From positions 4,087-68,086 of the forward strand of contig JAOAGQ010000022.1 of NCBI GenBank assembly GCA_026415675.1: DNA of 64,000 nucleotides. Reading direction: 5' to 3'. Position 1 is the first letter of the stretch. Each line of letters opens with the position of its first letter. This DNA is from Syntrophorhabdaceae bacterium. GTDB lineage: Bacteria; Desulfobacterota; Syntrophorhabdia; Syntrophorhabdales; Syntrophorhabdaceae. The notes under the pieces were generated by a model, which saw only the letters and a list, made by a program, of their open reading frames with translations, had not been told where the DNA came from and made no database searches. Below are positions 34,923-44,865 of this stretch, piece by piece. Both the position numbers and the translations under genes were made by a program.

Positions 34923-37900
34923 TTATACGTTCGGTATCTTTTTGTCAAACCAATTTTTTATAGTATATTCCTCTATCGTTTTTAAAAGGGTAGCCTTTTT
35001 TATTGGTTTGGAAAGGTGGGTATCACAACCTGCCTCACGGCTTTTTTCTATATCTTCCTTCAGGGCATATGCGGTCAATGCAATGATAGGGGTAGGTCTT
35101 CTGTTGTTCTCCCTCTCCCACTCCCTTATCTTTCTCGTTGCGGTATAACCATCCATAAAAGGCATCTGGATGTCCATGAGGACTAAATCGTAAACGTTTT
35201 CTTTAAATTTATCAAAAGCGATTTCCCCGTTTTCCGCTGTTTCTATTATGTACGGTGTGTGTTTTAAGTAAGCCTTCACAAGGATACGGTTGTCTTCAGA
35301 ATCTTCAACGAGAAGTATTCTCACAGGTTTCTCTCTCTTTTTCGGGACAAAGGCTGTTTCAACCTCTTCCTTTTTCCCGCTGTCTTTTCCTAAGGCAGAA
35401 ATGATGGCCTCCTTGAGTTCTCTCTGTTTGATGGGTTTCATCATATACCCTGAGACCCCAAGTCTTTTTGCCTTGGCAAGATCCCCCAAACGGCTCTCCG
35501 ATGTTAGCATCATAATCGTCATGCCGAGAAGCTCGGGGTCTTTCCTTATCTCTTCAGCGACGGTAAAACCATCCTTGTTGGGCATCCTGCTGTCGAGAAG
35601 GACAAGGTTGAAGGGTCTACCGATCTCCTCCGCTTCTCTTAAAAGGGAAAGACCCACCTCGCCGCTTTCCGCCTCGACAACATCCGCACCCCATCTCATA
35701 AGCATCTCCCTTAAGATAAGCCTGTTTGTTCCATTGTCGTCTATAACCAGTACCCTTAGGCCATTAATATCTACGTCTGATATCTGGGCCGTCTCATAGA
35801 CGGCCTCTGTTTTTTCAAATTCTGCGGTAAAGAAGAATGTACTGCCTTTACCTACCTCGCTTTCGAGCCAGATTTTTCCTCCCATTAACTCTACAAGCTG
35901 TTTGGAGATGGCAAGCCCCAATCCTGTACCTTCGTATTTCCTCGTTATGGATGAATCTGCCTGGTAAAAACGCTCAAAGATGATCTCCCTGTTTTCTGGG
36001 GGTATCCCGATCCCCGTATCTGTAACGGCAAAGAGGAGTTGAACCTTGCCATCCTGTCCACTCGTCTTCTCGTCTGTAGTGCAATTAAAACCAACCTTTA
36101 AGCTGATCTCCCCTTTTTCTGTGAATTTTACAGCGTTACCGAGCAGGTTTATGAGAATTTGCCTTAACCTTGCCGGATCTCCTTTAAGATAGCGGGGGAC
36201 CTGGGAATCGATATGGAATACAAGTTCCAGGCCTTTTGTATGGGCTTTGATGGCTATTACCTCGCAGGTCTTTTCGATAAGGTCTATAAGGTCAAAATCG
36301 ACGACCTCAAGGCTTAAAAGGCCTGATTCTACCTTGGACAGGTCAAGGATGTCATTTATAAGGGCGAGGAGATTCTCCCCCGCAGTTTTGAATATCCTCA
36401 CATACTGTCTCTGTTCCGGTTTTAGGGGTGTCTCCCAGAGCAAGTCTGCCATACCGATGATCGCATTCATCGGTGTCCTGATCTCGTGACTCATGGACGC
36501 TAAAAACTCGCTCTTTGCAATGTTCGCCTTTTCCGCCTCCATAGCGAGCTTTTTTGTTTCCGCTATAGCCCTTTCGAGTTGTCTGTTCAAATCCTCTGCG
36601 GTCTCTTTTGCCTTTTTCAGCATATCCTCCATATGCTTTCTCTCCGTTATATCCATTAAGATACCAACGATACCTGAAGGGTTTCCGAGTTGGTCTCCGT
36701 ATAAGGCTTTATAAACAATAAAATGGTGGAGGGAACCATCCCTGTGGGGTATCTGCAATTCGTAAACCTTTACATCATTCTCCTGTAGAAGGGCTGCATC
36801 CATCTTCCTCTCCTCGAGGGCGATCTCGAGGGGCATGATTTCAAACACCGTATTTCCCACGATCTCTTCTGCGGGTCTTGAGGTTAATCTCTCAAAGGCC
36901 TTATTACAACCCTGATAAACCCCGTCTATATCTTTAAAGAAAAGGGGGCTAGGTATCGTCTCCATCACAGTCTTTATGAACTGGAGTTGTGTTTTCAAGG
37001 CCGACTCGGCTACAAGAACCCGCCCTGTCCATTCCTTCTGGTACTGTACTGCAAGGAAAGATACGCAAAGTATGGCGATTATAACGGCGGTTACCATAAT
37101 AGGAACAAGACGATACACGTTGACCTGCCTCTTCCACTCTTTTGCATCTATATCCATCCCCAGGACCCCTATGACTTGACCCCCCCTTGAAGAGTCCCTT
37201 ATGGGCACATAAGTCGAGACAAAAAGGCCGAACTGGTCCTCGTGGGGACCTGTTATCTGCCCCCATCCCTTTGAGAAAAGCTCTACAATAACCTCTGATG
37301 GTTTTGAAAAGATACTCCCCGGATCCTCAGGGGGCTTCAATACCTTTTCCATCGAGAGATAACCGGTATCTATGTAATAGAACAGGTTTTTTTCTTTAAG
37401 ACCGAGTATATAGATACGCCTTATATCGTTCTGGGCCACCCCTATCTTGAAAAAAAGTTCCTGTATTTCTTTATATGCCTCATCATCTTTATCTGTTTTG
37501 TCACCTTTTAGGATTTTGAGTTTTTCGATGGGTGTAACCGTTGTTATAATCCCAACCCTTGAAAAATAGTTCGACTGGAGTATCCTTCTCGCATGCCAAT
37601 CCATTTTCAGTGTCGATATCCAGCCCGCAATAATAACAAAAACAAGGGAGCAAACGAGGGCACGGGTATAGAATCGCTCAGACCTGCCCATCCTTTTTTC
37701 CATTTCCTTTATATGGATGGCATGGTGGTAGTTCCAGATGACCCCTGTGATAAAGACGGACAGAAGCGTCCTCAAAATCTTGATAGGTATCCCTGTAACC
37801 CTGAAAAAGGATGATTCGTTGACTATGTTTGCTGGAAAGAAAACCGTTTCGGGGACTACGAAACCGCTTAACACACCGTAAAGCACCATGCCTACAGAAG

Positions 37901-38381
37901 CGGCGAGCAGTCCTTTATTGCCCTTTCCCTCAGTCACATAAGCCTTGTAAAACACATAAGAAGTCCAGAGGCCTCCTGGTATGGCGAAGGCATACCTGCT
38001 TGTGGCATGCAAACCGGCTTCACCTGAAGTAACACCGGTTACCCCGAGTATGAGCAGGGGGAGATATATCCATTGTCCCCACCTCCTCCCGTGGAGGGAA
38101 ATTTGACCTAACCTGCCGAACTCAATAAGAAATATAAAAGAAGAGACCATGAATAAAAAGCTCATGGTCAGTATGTAAGGGCTATCAATAAGGCTATTCG
38201 ATAGAAGACCAAGCCATTCACATATCCCATGGGTGATACCGAATAGACCAAGCCACATCCAGGGCAAGCCTGTTGAATCCTTCTTCCTCATGGAAAGGCA
38301 TAGGGCAGCGAGTATAATAAGTGCAACCCCGTATATGAACTGAAAGTAGTCTATCTGGCCCTTAAGAAATTGTGATATCAT
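34923..38381 (-). CDS. hybrid sensor histidine kinase with multi-TM N-terminal domain, periplasmic/sensor region, PAS, HisKA-HATPase and two receiver domains
   Basis: 1152 aa. H-box SHEIRTPMNAI, N box NLLGNAVKFT, G boxes DTGIGI and GTGLGLAI. The receivers are VLVIDDN...LLDSRMP and ILLVEDS...LMDIQMP. Confidence 0.85.
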   Translation of the reverse strand: MISQFLKGQIDYFQFIYGVALIILAALCLSMRKKDSTGLPWMWLGLFGITHGICEWLGLLSNSLIDSPYILTMSFLFMVSSFIFLIEFGRLGQISLHGRRWGQWIYLPLLILGVTGVTSGEAGLHATSRYAFAIPGGLWTSYVFYKAYVTEGKGNKGLLAASVGMVLYGVLSGFVVPETVFFPANIVNESSFFRVTGIPIKILRTLLSVFITGVIWNYHHAIHIKEMEKRMGRSERFYTRALVCSLVFVIIAGWISTLKMDWHARRILQSNYFSRVGIITTVTPIEKLKILKGDKTDKDDEAYKEIQELFFKIGVAQNDIRRIYILGLKEKNLFYYIDTGYLSMEKVLKPPEDPGSIFSKPSEVIVELFSKGWGQITGPHEDQFGLFVSTYVPIRDSSRGGQVIGVLGMDIDAKEWKRQVNVYRLVPIMVTAVIIAILCVSFLAVQYQKEWTGRVLVAESALKTQLQFIKTVMETIPSPLFFKDIDGVYQGCNKAFERLTSRPAEEIVGNTVFEIMPLEIALEERKMDAALLQENDVKVYELQIPHRDGSLHHFIVYKALYGDQLGNPSGIVGILMDITERKHMEDMLKKAKETAEDLNRQLERAIAETKKLAMEAEKANIAKSEFLASMSHEIRTPMNAIIGMADLLWETPLKPEQRQYVRIFKTAGENLLALINDILDLSKVESGLLSLEVVDFDLIDLIEKTCEVIAIKAHTKGLELVFHIDSQVPRYLKGDPARLRQILINLLGNAVKFTEKGEISLKVGFNCTTDEKTSGQDGKVQLLFAVTDTGIGIPPENREIIFERFYQADSSITRKYEGTGLGLAISKQLVELMGGKIWLESEVGKGSTFFFTAEFEKTEAVYETAQISDVDINGLRVLVIDDNGTNRLILREMLMRWGADVVEAESGEVGLSLLREAEEIGRPFNLVLLDSRMPNKDGFTVAEEIRKDPELLGMTIMMLTSESRLGDLAKAKRLGVSGYMMKPIKQRELKEAIISALGKDSGKKEEVETAFVPKKREKPVRILLVEDSEDNRILVKAYLKHTPYIIETAENGEIAFDKFKENVYDLVLMDIQMPFMDGYTATRKIREWERENNRRPTPIIALTAYALKEDIEKSREAGCDTHLSKPIKKATLLKTIEEYTIKNWFDKKIPNV

Positions 38382-38435
38382 GACCGAATAAACAGGGATA
38401 GGGAAAATTGGGTTGTAATTTCGGGATCATGTACT

Positions 38436-38942
38436 CTATCTCTGTTTTTGCTGGGGGGGAGCAGGGGTCTTCTTCTTGGTTACGGCCTGCCTCTGGGCCT
38501 CTGCCTTTTCTCTTTTTGCCTTCAATGCATCTATGTCATTGTGGATCTGGGCTATCTCGTTCCTCAATTTTTCGTTTTCCTTTGCCATATGTTCGACCTT
38601 TGTCTCAAGTACAACAAGCTGAGACTTGAGGCCTGCGGTGTCTATGGAGTTTATCTTCGAATTTAACGTCTTTATTGATGTCTGTAGCGTCCCAATATCC
38701 TTCCACATGAACACAGCGGCTACGGATAAAACAATTATTACAACAAACATAATAGGGGTAAGAATAGATAAAACGTTTTTCAGTTTTGAGGTGAAGCCGT
38801 TATCTTCCCTTGACCCTTTTGTTTCCCAGTGGTCGGGGGGTGTTTTGAAAAACTCATCGGTTATCCTTATCTCTTTTTCCTTTTCGTTCAATCTATCCAT
38901 TGCAGCCCTTATTTCCCTTTCGCTGTCGTTTATATTGTCCAT
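38436..38942 (-). CDS. hypothetical single-pass membrane protein with coiled-coil ectodomain and Lys/Pro/Gln-rich tail
   Basis: 168 aa with one TM (ILTPIMFVVIIVLSVAAVFMW) followed by heptad-like LQTSIKTLNSKI...NEKLRNEIAQIHNDIDALK. I recognised no family. Confidence 0.45.
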   Translation of the reverse strand: MDNINDSEREIRAAMDRLNEKEKEIRITDEFFKTPPDHWETKGSREDNGFTSKLKNVLSILTPIMFVVIIVLSVAAVFMWKDIGTLQTSIKTLNSKINSIDTAGLKSQLVVLETKVEHMAKENEKLRNEIAQIHNDIDALKAKREKAEAQRQAVTKKKTPAPPQQKQR

Positions 38943-39023
38943 CTGGTACGCTCCTCCAATGATTTTTGATTACAGACCCTCTAACTATACTATCAAAAAT
39001 AGTGTCAAAGGGGAAGTGTTATG

Positions 39024-39052
39024 TTGACAGTAGAGAGAAGGGGTTGTATATT
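39024..39052 (+). promoter_or_regulatory. sigma70-type promoter positioned for a leaderless cysE transcript
   Basis: TTGACA (39024-39029), 17 nt, TATATT (39047-39052). ATG 39058 lies 6 nt after the -10 and has no Shine-Dalgarno. Confidence 0.5.
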
Positions 39053-39057
39053 TCCTT

Positions 39058-39690
39058 ATGCTTGACAAAATTCGTGAGGATATAAGGGCGGTCTTTGAGA
39101 GGGACCCCGCTGCGAGAAGCACCCTCGAGGTTATATTCTGTTATCCCGGTTTCCATGCAATTTTATTCCACCGAATAGGCCACTGGTTATGGCAAAAGAA
39201 GCTATTTTTTCTCGGCAGGCTCACCTCCCACATAGCGAGGTTTCTAACAGGGATAGAGATACACCCAGGGGCGAAGATCGGGAGGAGGTTTTTTATTGAC
39301 CACGGTATGGGTGTTGTTATAGGGGAGACATCGGAGATAGGGGATGATGTTACGATTTACCACGGCGTAACCCTCGGGGGTACAACGTGGAAAAAGATAA
39401 AGAGGCACCCGACGATAGGTAATAATGTTGTCATAGGGGTTGGGGCAAAGGTCTTAGGCCCTATAAGAATAGGGGATAATTCAAAAATCGGGGCAAACTC
39501 TGTGGTGGTAAATGATATACCCCCGAACTCTATCGTGGTAGGCATACCAGGTAAGGTGGTCTTCAGGGTTGAGGGAGAGAAAAAGATACAGATGGACAGT
39601 GCCTTTATGCCCGATCCCCAGTCAAGGGCGATCGCCTCTCTCATGGAAAGGGTTAAAAAAATAGAAGAAAAGATAGGGATTGATGAGTAG
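39058..39690 (+). CDS. cysE: serine O-acetyltransferase
   Basis: [19 protein letters not shown]-terminal motif and left-handed beta-helix hexapeptide repeats ([38 protein letters not shown]). Confidence 0.85.
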   Translation: MLDKIREDIRAVFERDPAARSTLEVIFCYPGFHAILFHRIGHWLWQKKLFFLGRLTSHIARFLTGIEIHPGAKIGRRFFIDHGMGVVIGETSEIGDDVTIYHGVTLGGTTWKKIKRHPTIGNNVVIGVGAKVLGPIRIGDNSKIGANSVVVNDIPPNSIVVGIPGKVVFRVEGEKKIQMDSAFMPDPQSRAIASLMERVKKIEEKIGIDE

Positions 39691-39710
39691 GGTCTGAAAA
39701 AGGAACGTAA

Positions 39711-40433
39711 ATGTACGAGGAGAGATTCTACAGAAGGATATCGAAGCCGAAAGATCTCCTCTCTTATGAAGTGAGGGTCAAGGAGACAGACCTCCTCTGC
39801 TGTACGGAGGGAGATTTAAAGCCACTAATTGAGGAAAGGGTGCTCTTTTACCGCAACCAGATCGAGGAGTATATAAAACTGAGACCTGATTTCAAAGAGA
39901 GTCTCGTCCCTGTCTGTTATGATAGCCTTGCCCCGGCGATCGTGAGAGATATGATGGGGGCCTCATCCATTATAGGGGTAGGGCCTATGGCGACGGTAGC
40001 AGGGGCGATAGCAGAATACATAGGAAAGGATCTGGAAGGCCATACAGGAGAGTGTATCATCGAAAATGGGGGCGACATCTATCTGAAGACAGAGAAAGAG
40101 AGGACCGTCCTTGTATATGCGAACGATTCGCCCTATAGCGAACGGATAGGGATCAAGATAAAGGGGAGGAAAAAGCCTTACGGGATATGTACCTCCTCCG
40201 CCACGGTGGGTCCTTCCCTTAGCTTCGGCAAGGCAGATGCGGTATGTGTAATAGGGGATTCCGCCCTATTCGTTGATGGCCTTGCGAGTTTGGTGGGAAA
40301 TATTGTAAAAGATAAAGACGATATACCTGATGCGATTGAGGCAGGGAGAAGGTACGAAGGGGTCATAGCGATTCTGGTGATAAAAGGGGGTCATCTCGGC
40401 GCCTGGGGTGACTTGGAGATCGTTAAGGTATAA
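39711..40433 (+). CDS. UPF0280 / COG2122 (ApbE-like) family protein
   Basis: Blocks VKETDLL, GVGPMATVAGAIAEYIG, IIENGGDIYL, CTSSATVGPSLSFGKADAV and GAWGDLE match the UPF0280 pattern, the family of Methanosarcina MA1715 as I recall it. Confidence 0.65.
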   Translation: MYEERFYRRISKPKDLLSYEVRVKETDLLCCTEGDLKPLIEERVLFYRNQIEEYIKLRPDFKESLVPVCYDSLAPAIVRDMMGASSIIGVGPMATVAGAIAEYIGKDLEGHTGECIIENGGDIYLKTEKERTVLVYANDSPYSERIGIKIKGRKKPYGICTSSATVGPSLSFGKADAVCVIGDSALFVDGLASLVGNIVKDKDDIPDAIEAGRRYEGVIAILVIKGGHLGAWGDLEIVKV

Positions 40434-40463
40434 CCTTTGAATAAGATTTTGACAGGAGATCAC

Positions 40464-40871
40464 ATGAAGAGAAGATTTATTTTGAAGTTTAAGAGAAACA
40501 CGATAGATAAACCCATAGTATACAAGCTTGCAAAGGATTACCATCTTGTGTTCAACATCTTAAGGGCAAATATTTCCCCTAAGGCGGATTCTATGATGGT
40601 GCTCGAAATAGAGGGGGATGAGGGAGATTTTAGAAAGGGACTGGAATATCTGAAAGGGATGAATCTCGATGTTGAACCTATTGAGCAGGATGTTAAAAGG
40701 GATGAGGAGAAGTGTGTCCATTGTGGGGTCTGTGCGAGCGTCTGCCCCCCTAATGCCCTTTATGTAAATAAGGAGACCTACAGAGTCGATTTTGACTATG
40801 AGAGGTGTGTGGCATGTGAACACTGCGTAAAGGTGTGCCCTGTAAAGGCGATCCATGTATATTTTGATTAG
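40464..40871 (+). CDS. NIL-domain / 2x[4Fe-4S] ferredoxin fusion protein
   Basis: The N-terminal half (KPIVYKLAKDYHLVFNILRANI...MVLEIEG) resembles the NIL domain. The C-terminal half carries CVHCGVCASVCP and CVACEHCVKVCP. ATG 40464 follows AGGAGA. The track ORF starts at 40437. Confidence 0.7.
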   Translation: MKRRFILKFKRNTIDKPIVYKLAKDYHLVFNILRANISPKADSMMVLEIEGDEGDFRKGLEYLKGMNLDVEPIEQDVKRDEEKCVHCGVCASVCPPNALYVNKETYRVDFDYERCVACEHCVKVCPVKAIHVYFD

Positions 40872-40879
40872 GGGTAATC

Positions 40880-42043
40880 ATGAGGAAGGTCTATTTTGAC
40901 AACAACGCAACAACCCCCATCCATCCCGAGGTAAAACAGGCGGTGGAACCCTTTCTGGGTGAACTTTTTGGAAACCCTTCAAGTATCCACTGGGCAGGAA
41001 GGGATGTAAAAGGGTACTATGAAATCGCAAAAGAACAGGCTGCCCGTATCATAGGGGCTGAAGGACATGAGATTGTGTTTACAAGCTCCGGCACCGAGAG
41101 CGATAACCACGCTATAAAGGGTGTGGCGTATATGAAAAGGGATAGGGGGAACCACATCATAACCACAACGGTTGAACATCCCGGGGTATTAAATACCTGC
41201 CGTTACCTTGAAAAAAGGGGTTTTGATGTCACTTATCTCCCTGTGGACAGGTTTGGGATCGTAGACCCAGAGGACGTAAAAAGGGCAATCAAAAAGGAGA
41301 CGATACTCATCTCGGTGATGTATGCCAATAATGAGACAGGGACCCTCATGCCTATCGGGGAGATAGGGGAGATAGCGAGGGAATACGGTGTTCTTCTCCA
41401 CTCCGATATGGTTCAGGCCCTGGGAAAGATCCCGATAGATATAAAGACCTTAAATGTGGATCTCGCGAGTTTTTCAGGCCACAAAATATATGGCCCTAAG
41501 GGGGTTGGGGTTTTATACATAAAGGAGGGGATCGATATCGACAACCTCATCCACGGTGGTCACCAAGAACAGGGGAGAAGGGCAGGCACGGAAAATATGG
41601 TAGGGATCGTGGCGTTTGGCAAGGCCTGCGAACTCCTCGAATGCGAAATGGACAACGAAAACGAAAGGATAGAGAAGCTGAGGGAAAAGATGCTAAGGGG
41701 TATTTTAGAGAAGATCGAAGGGGTAAGGTTAAACGGCCATCCCGAACTCCGTCTCCCCAATACGCTGAACCTCAGCTTTGAGCACGTTGAGGCAGAATCC
41801 CTTTTGATATCCCTTGACCTACAGGGTATTGCCGTCTCCGCAGGCTCTGCGTGCTCCTCGGGCTCAACAGAACCATCCCATGTCTTGATGGCGATGGGCA
41901 TACCGCCCAAACTATGTCAGAGTTCGATAAGGATAAGCCTTGGGAGGCAGAATAACGAAGAGGACGTGGAATATTTCCTGACAATTCTCCCCGGTATCGT
42001 AAAGAGGTTGAGAGAGATGTCGCCTTTCTATAAGAAGGGTTGA
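40880..42043 (+). CDS. nifS: class I cysteine desulfurase (NifS/IscS-like)
   Basis: YFDNNATTP start, PLP-lysine motif SFSGHKIYGPKG and the active-site loop SAGSACSSG. Confidence 0.85.
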   Translation: MRKVYFDNNATTPIHPEVKQAVEPFLGELFGNPSSIHWAGRDVKGYYEIAKEQAARIIGAEGHEIVFTSSGTESDNHAIKGVAYMKRDRGNHIITTTVEHPGVLNTCRYLEKRGFDVTYLPVDRFGIVDPEDVKRAIKKETILISVMYANNETGTLMPIGEIGEIAREYGVLLHSDMVQALGKIPIDIKTLNVDLASFSGHKIYGPKGVGVLYIKEGIDIDNLIHGGHQEQGRRAGTENMVGIVAFGKACELLECEMDNENERIEKLREKMLRGILEKIEGVRLNGHPELRLPNTLNLSFEHVEAESLLISLDLQGIAVSAGSACSSGSTEPSHVLMAMGIPPKLCQSSIRISLGRQNNEEDVEYFLTILPGIVKRLREMSPFYKKG

Positions 42044-42069
42044 GATATACGGTATATTTTGTGGTAACC

Positions 42070-43173
42070 TTACTCTTTCCAGTCGAAGAACTGTCTTACC
42101 TTCTCTTTGAAACCCCTCCCTATGGTAAACTCCTTCTCCTGTTCAAACTCCTTCGCAAGCTCCTCTATCAGGTACCTCTGCCTCTCCGTCAGCGAGGAAG
42201 GAACCACCATATTTAGGTAAATAACGAGATCCCCCTTACCATAACCCGTTGATTTGGTAACACCAAAACCCTTCATCCTGAAGGTCTTTCCTGGCTGTGT
42301 TCCTGGAGGGATGTTGAGTTTTTTCTCTCCTTCAAGGGTTGGAACAGTTATTTCACCTCCCAGGGCAAGGATGGGGAAATGGACATCAACCCTTACGATG
42401 ATATCGTCCCCCTCCCTTTCAAACAGAGGGTGTTCCTTTACATTAATCACAATATACAGGTCTCCTGGGTGGGTATCCCCATAACCCTGGGCCCCCTCTC
42501 CCCTTACCTTGAGGCGCATTCCTGTATCTACCCCAGGGGGAATTTTTACCTTTATGTTCTTCTTTGTTTTGATGTAACCCTTTCCCCTGCAATTTTTGCA
42601 AGGATCCCTGATTATGTATCCCTCTCCGTTACAGTATTCACAGGTCCTGTTTATGGTGAAAAATCCGTGGGTCTGCCTTATCTGTCCCCTTCCACCGCAG
42701 TGTCTACACGTAACAGGCTGATACCCAGGCTCTATCCTTGTGCCGTTGCAGGAAGGACACCGCTCTTCCTTTGGTATCTCTATCTCCTTCTCTGTGCCAA
42801 AGACCGCTTCTTCGAACTCGATCTCAAGGTTGTACCTTAGGTCATCCCCTTTACGAGTCCTCTGTCGTTGCCTTGTCCCCCCAAAGAAATCGCCGAACAG
42901 GTCGTTGAATACACTCTCAAAATTACCACCGAATCCGAAGTCAAAGATGTTTGAATCATCTTCGCTACCGAATCTGTCATATCTCATCCTCTTCTGGGGA
43001 TCACTTAAGACGCTATACGCTTCGTTCACTTCCTTGAATTTCTCCTCGGCTACTTTATCTCCCTGATTTCTGTCAGGATGGTACTTTAAGGCGAGTTTTC
43101 TGTAAGCCTTTTTAATGTCCTCCTCGCTTGCGTCCCGGGAGACGCCGAGTATCTCATAATAATCTTTTTTCAT
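42070..43173 (-). CDS. dnaJ: molecular chaperone DnaJ
   Basis: J domain with KYHPDRN, a G/F-rich linker, and four CxxCxGxG motifs ([32 protein letters not shown]). Confidence 0.95.
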   Translation of the reverse strand: MKKDYYEILGVSRDASEEDIKKAYRKLALKYHPDRNQGDKVAEEKFKEVNEAYSVLSDPQKRMRYDRFGSEDDSNIFDFGFGGNFESVFNDLFGDFFGGTRQRQRTRKGDDLRYNLEIEFEEAVFGTEKEIEIPKEERCPSCNGTRIEPGYQPVTCRHCGGRGQIRQTHGFFTINRTCEYCNGEGYIIRDPCKNCRGKGYIKTKKNIKVKIPPGVDTGMRLKVRGEGAQGYGDTHPGDLYIVINVKEHPLFEREGDDIIVRVDVHFPILALGGEITVPTLEGEKKLNIPPGTQPGKTFRMKGFGVTKSTGYGKGDLVIYLNMVVPSSLTERQRYLIEELAKEFEQEKEFTIGRGFKEKVRQFFDWKE

Positions 43174-43181
43174 GGATAACC

Positions 43182-43763
43182 TTAACTATCCTGTTCAGAC
43201 TTTTTTGAGATGGTGACCATCGAGGGCCTTAAAAGACGCCCGTTGAGTATGTAGCCCCTTTGAAACTCCGAAAGTATGGTCCCCGGCTCCATATCGTTAT
43301 TCTCTTCTTGGAGAAAGGCCTCATGGAGATTGGGATCGAACTTTTTCCCCACCGCCTCTATCCTCTCCACACCTGCTTTTTCCAGTACTTTAAGGAATTC
43401 ATTCAACACGATCTTTACGCCATCATAGATGCTTTTGAAATCAGATGTCTTTGAGGAGTGGTCGATGGCACGCTCCAGATTGTCCACAACAGGAAGGAGA
43501 TTCTTGATGAGAACCTCATTTCCGAATCTTAAGGTCTCTTCCTTTTCCCTGTTTTTCAGTTTTTTGAAATTCTCAAAATCCGCCTGGAGATATAGAATCT
43601 TTTCCTGAAGACCTTTTATCGTCTCCTCTTTTTCCTGTATTGTTTTTTGAAGTTCCTCTATGATCTCATCCTTCTTTTTGCGTTTCTTCTGGTCTTCGTG
43701 AGGGGTCGCCTCCTCTTTGCTCGGGCTCTCTTTTTCATCTTTTTTCTCGTTGTGATGTTCCAT
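43182..43763 (-). CDS. grpE: nucleotide exchange factor GrpE
   Basis: 193 aa with an acidic/Lys-rich N-terminus and the [11 protein letters not shown] coiled coil. The C-terminal block FDPNLHEA...[10 protein letters not shown] is typical of GrpE. Confidence 0.9.
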   Translation of the reverse strand: MEHHNEKKDEKESPSKEEATPHEDQKKRKKKDEIIEELQKTIQEKEETIKGLQEKILYLQADFENFKKLKNREKEETLRFGNEVLIKNLLPVVDNLERAIDHSSKTSDFKSIYDGVKIVLNEFLKVLEKAGVERIEAVGKKFDPNLHEAFLQEENNDMEPGTILSEFQRGYILNGRLLRPSMVTISKKSEQDS

Positions 43764-43777
43764 TGCCTTATCCTCTC

Positions 43778-44815
43778 TTACATAAGTTTTAGAATATCTG
43801 TGACAGTCTTCGCGGTATAATCGACAAGGGGTATGATTTTGGAATAGTCCATTCTGATAGGACCTATCACGCCAAGCACCCCATAGTTTTTTTCCCCGAC
43901 TTTATACGTGGATGTGATGATGCTCATGCACCTCATCTCTTTCATGTCCGTCTCGTCCCCCATGATTACCCTGATACCTTCGTTTTCTATGCATTTATCA
44001 AGGATTTTGAGGAGCTTCTCCTTTTTCTCTAAGGCATCGAGTATCTCTTTGAGCCTCTGGACATCGAGAAATTCAGGGATATCTATTATTTTTGAAACTC
44101 CTTCGATGTATACCTCTCTCTTTTCCTTTTCGTTTATGATGGTCTGGAGGGACTCGTTTATGAGCTTCAAGATCTCTCTGTACTCGAACCGGTCCTTATC
44201 CATATCCTCCTTTATACCCTCCTTTAGTGTATAGAAGGGCTTCCCGCTGAATTTATTATTCAGATAGTTTTTCATGTAGTTTAAGGTCCGTTCGTCGAGT
44301 TCCTCTTCTGTTTCAACGATCCTCGTATGGACCGTCCCCGAAGAGGTGACAAAAACGGTGAGAACCGTATTTCGGGAGAGCTTTACAAACTCTATCTCCT
44401 TAAAGAGCATCATGTCTATATGGGGTTCGACGACTATGCCTGTATATCTGGATATGGTGGCCAAGGCCTTTGAAACATTATTCATCAGACTCGAAATGCC
44501 CTTATGCTGCTGTTTCAGCATACTGTTTATGTTGTTGAGTATCTTCTTTCCTGGATACTCCGGGAGTTGTAAATTTTCAAGGTAGTATCTAAAGGCCTTA
44601 TATGTGGGGATCCTCCCCGCTACAGAGTGGGGCTTGGACAAAAAGCCCCTCTCTTCGAGACCTGCCATTATATTCCTTATTGTGGCTGAACTCCATTTGT
44701 AATTTAATATTTTCGAGAGCTTCTCGGAGCCTATCGGTTCCGCCGCAGCAATATAACCCTCGATGATCATGATAAGTATCTCTTTTTCTCTCGGATTCAA
44801 AATAAATCTCACCAT
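43778..44815 (-). CDS. hrcA: heat-inducible transcription repressor HrcA
   Basis: 345 aa. The N-terminal winged helix is EPIGSEKLSK....SSATIRNIMAGLEERGFL, and the C-terminal block is GVLGVIGPIRMDY. Confidence 0.9.
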   Translation of the reverse strand: MVRFILNPREKEILIMIIEGYIAAAEPIGSEKLSKILNYKWSSATIRNIMAGLEERGFLSKPHSVAGRIPTYKAFRYYLENLQLPEYPGKKILNNINSMLKQQHKGISSLMNNVSKALATISRYTGIVVEPHIDMMLFKEIEFVKLSRNTVLTVFVTSSGTVHTRIVETEEELDERTLNYMKNYLNNKFSGKPFYTLKEGIKEDMDKDRFEYREILKLINESLQTIINEKEKREVYIEGVSKIIDIPEFLDVQRLKEILDALEKKEKLLKILDKCIENEGIRVIMGDETDMKEMRCMSIITSTYKVGEKNYGVLGVIGPIRMDYSKIIPLVDYTAKTVTDILKLM

Positions 44816-44836
44816 TTTCCCTACTACCTTAAGAAT

Positions 44837-44865
44837 AAATTAATGAAAACTCCCCTTTTTGTCAA
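44837..44865 (-). promoter_or_regulatory. candidate promoter of hrcA-grpE-dnaJ
   Basis: On the minus strand: TTGACA (44865-44860, overlapping the upstream gene's stop), 17 nt, TAATTT (44842-44837). Confidence 0.4.

Noticed and set aside
42044-42069. ATATAC-G-GTATAT palindrome between convergent nifS and dnaJ as a bidirectional terminator
   Set aside because: The stem is 6 bp, AT-rich, with a 1-nt loop. This is sterically poor as an RNA hairpin and too weak to call.
44816-44861. Expected CIRCE operator upstream of hrcA
   Set aside because: I looked for TTAGCACTC-N9-GAGTGCTAA-like palindromes here and upstream of clpB. None is visible, only a sigma70-like promoter. A weak 6-bp CCCCTT/AAGGGG hairpin spans about 44852-44872, reaching past this gap into the upstream gene's stop.
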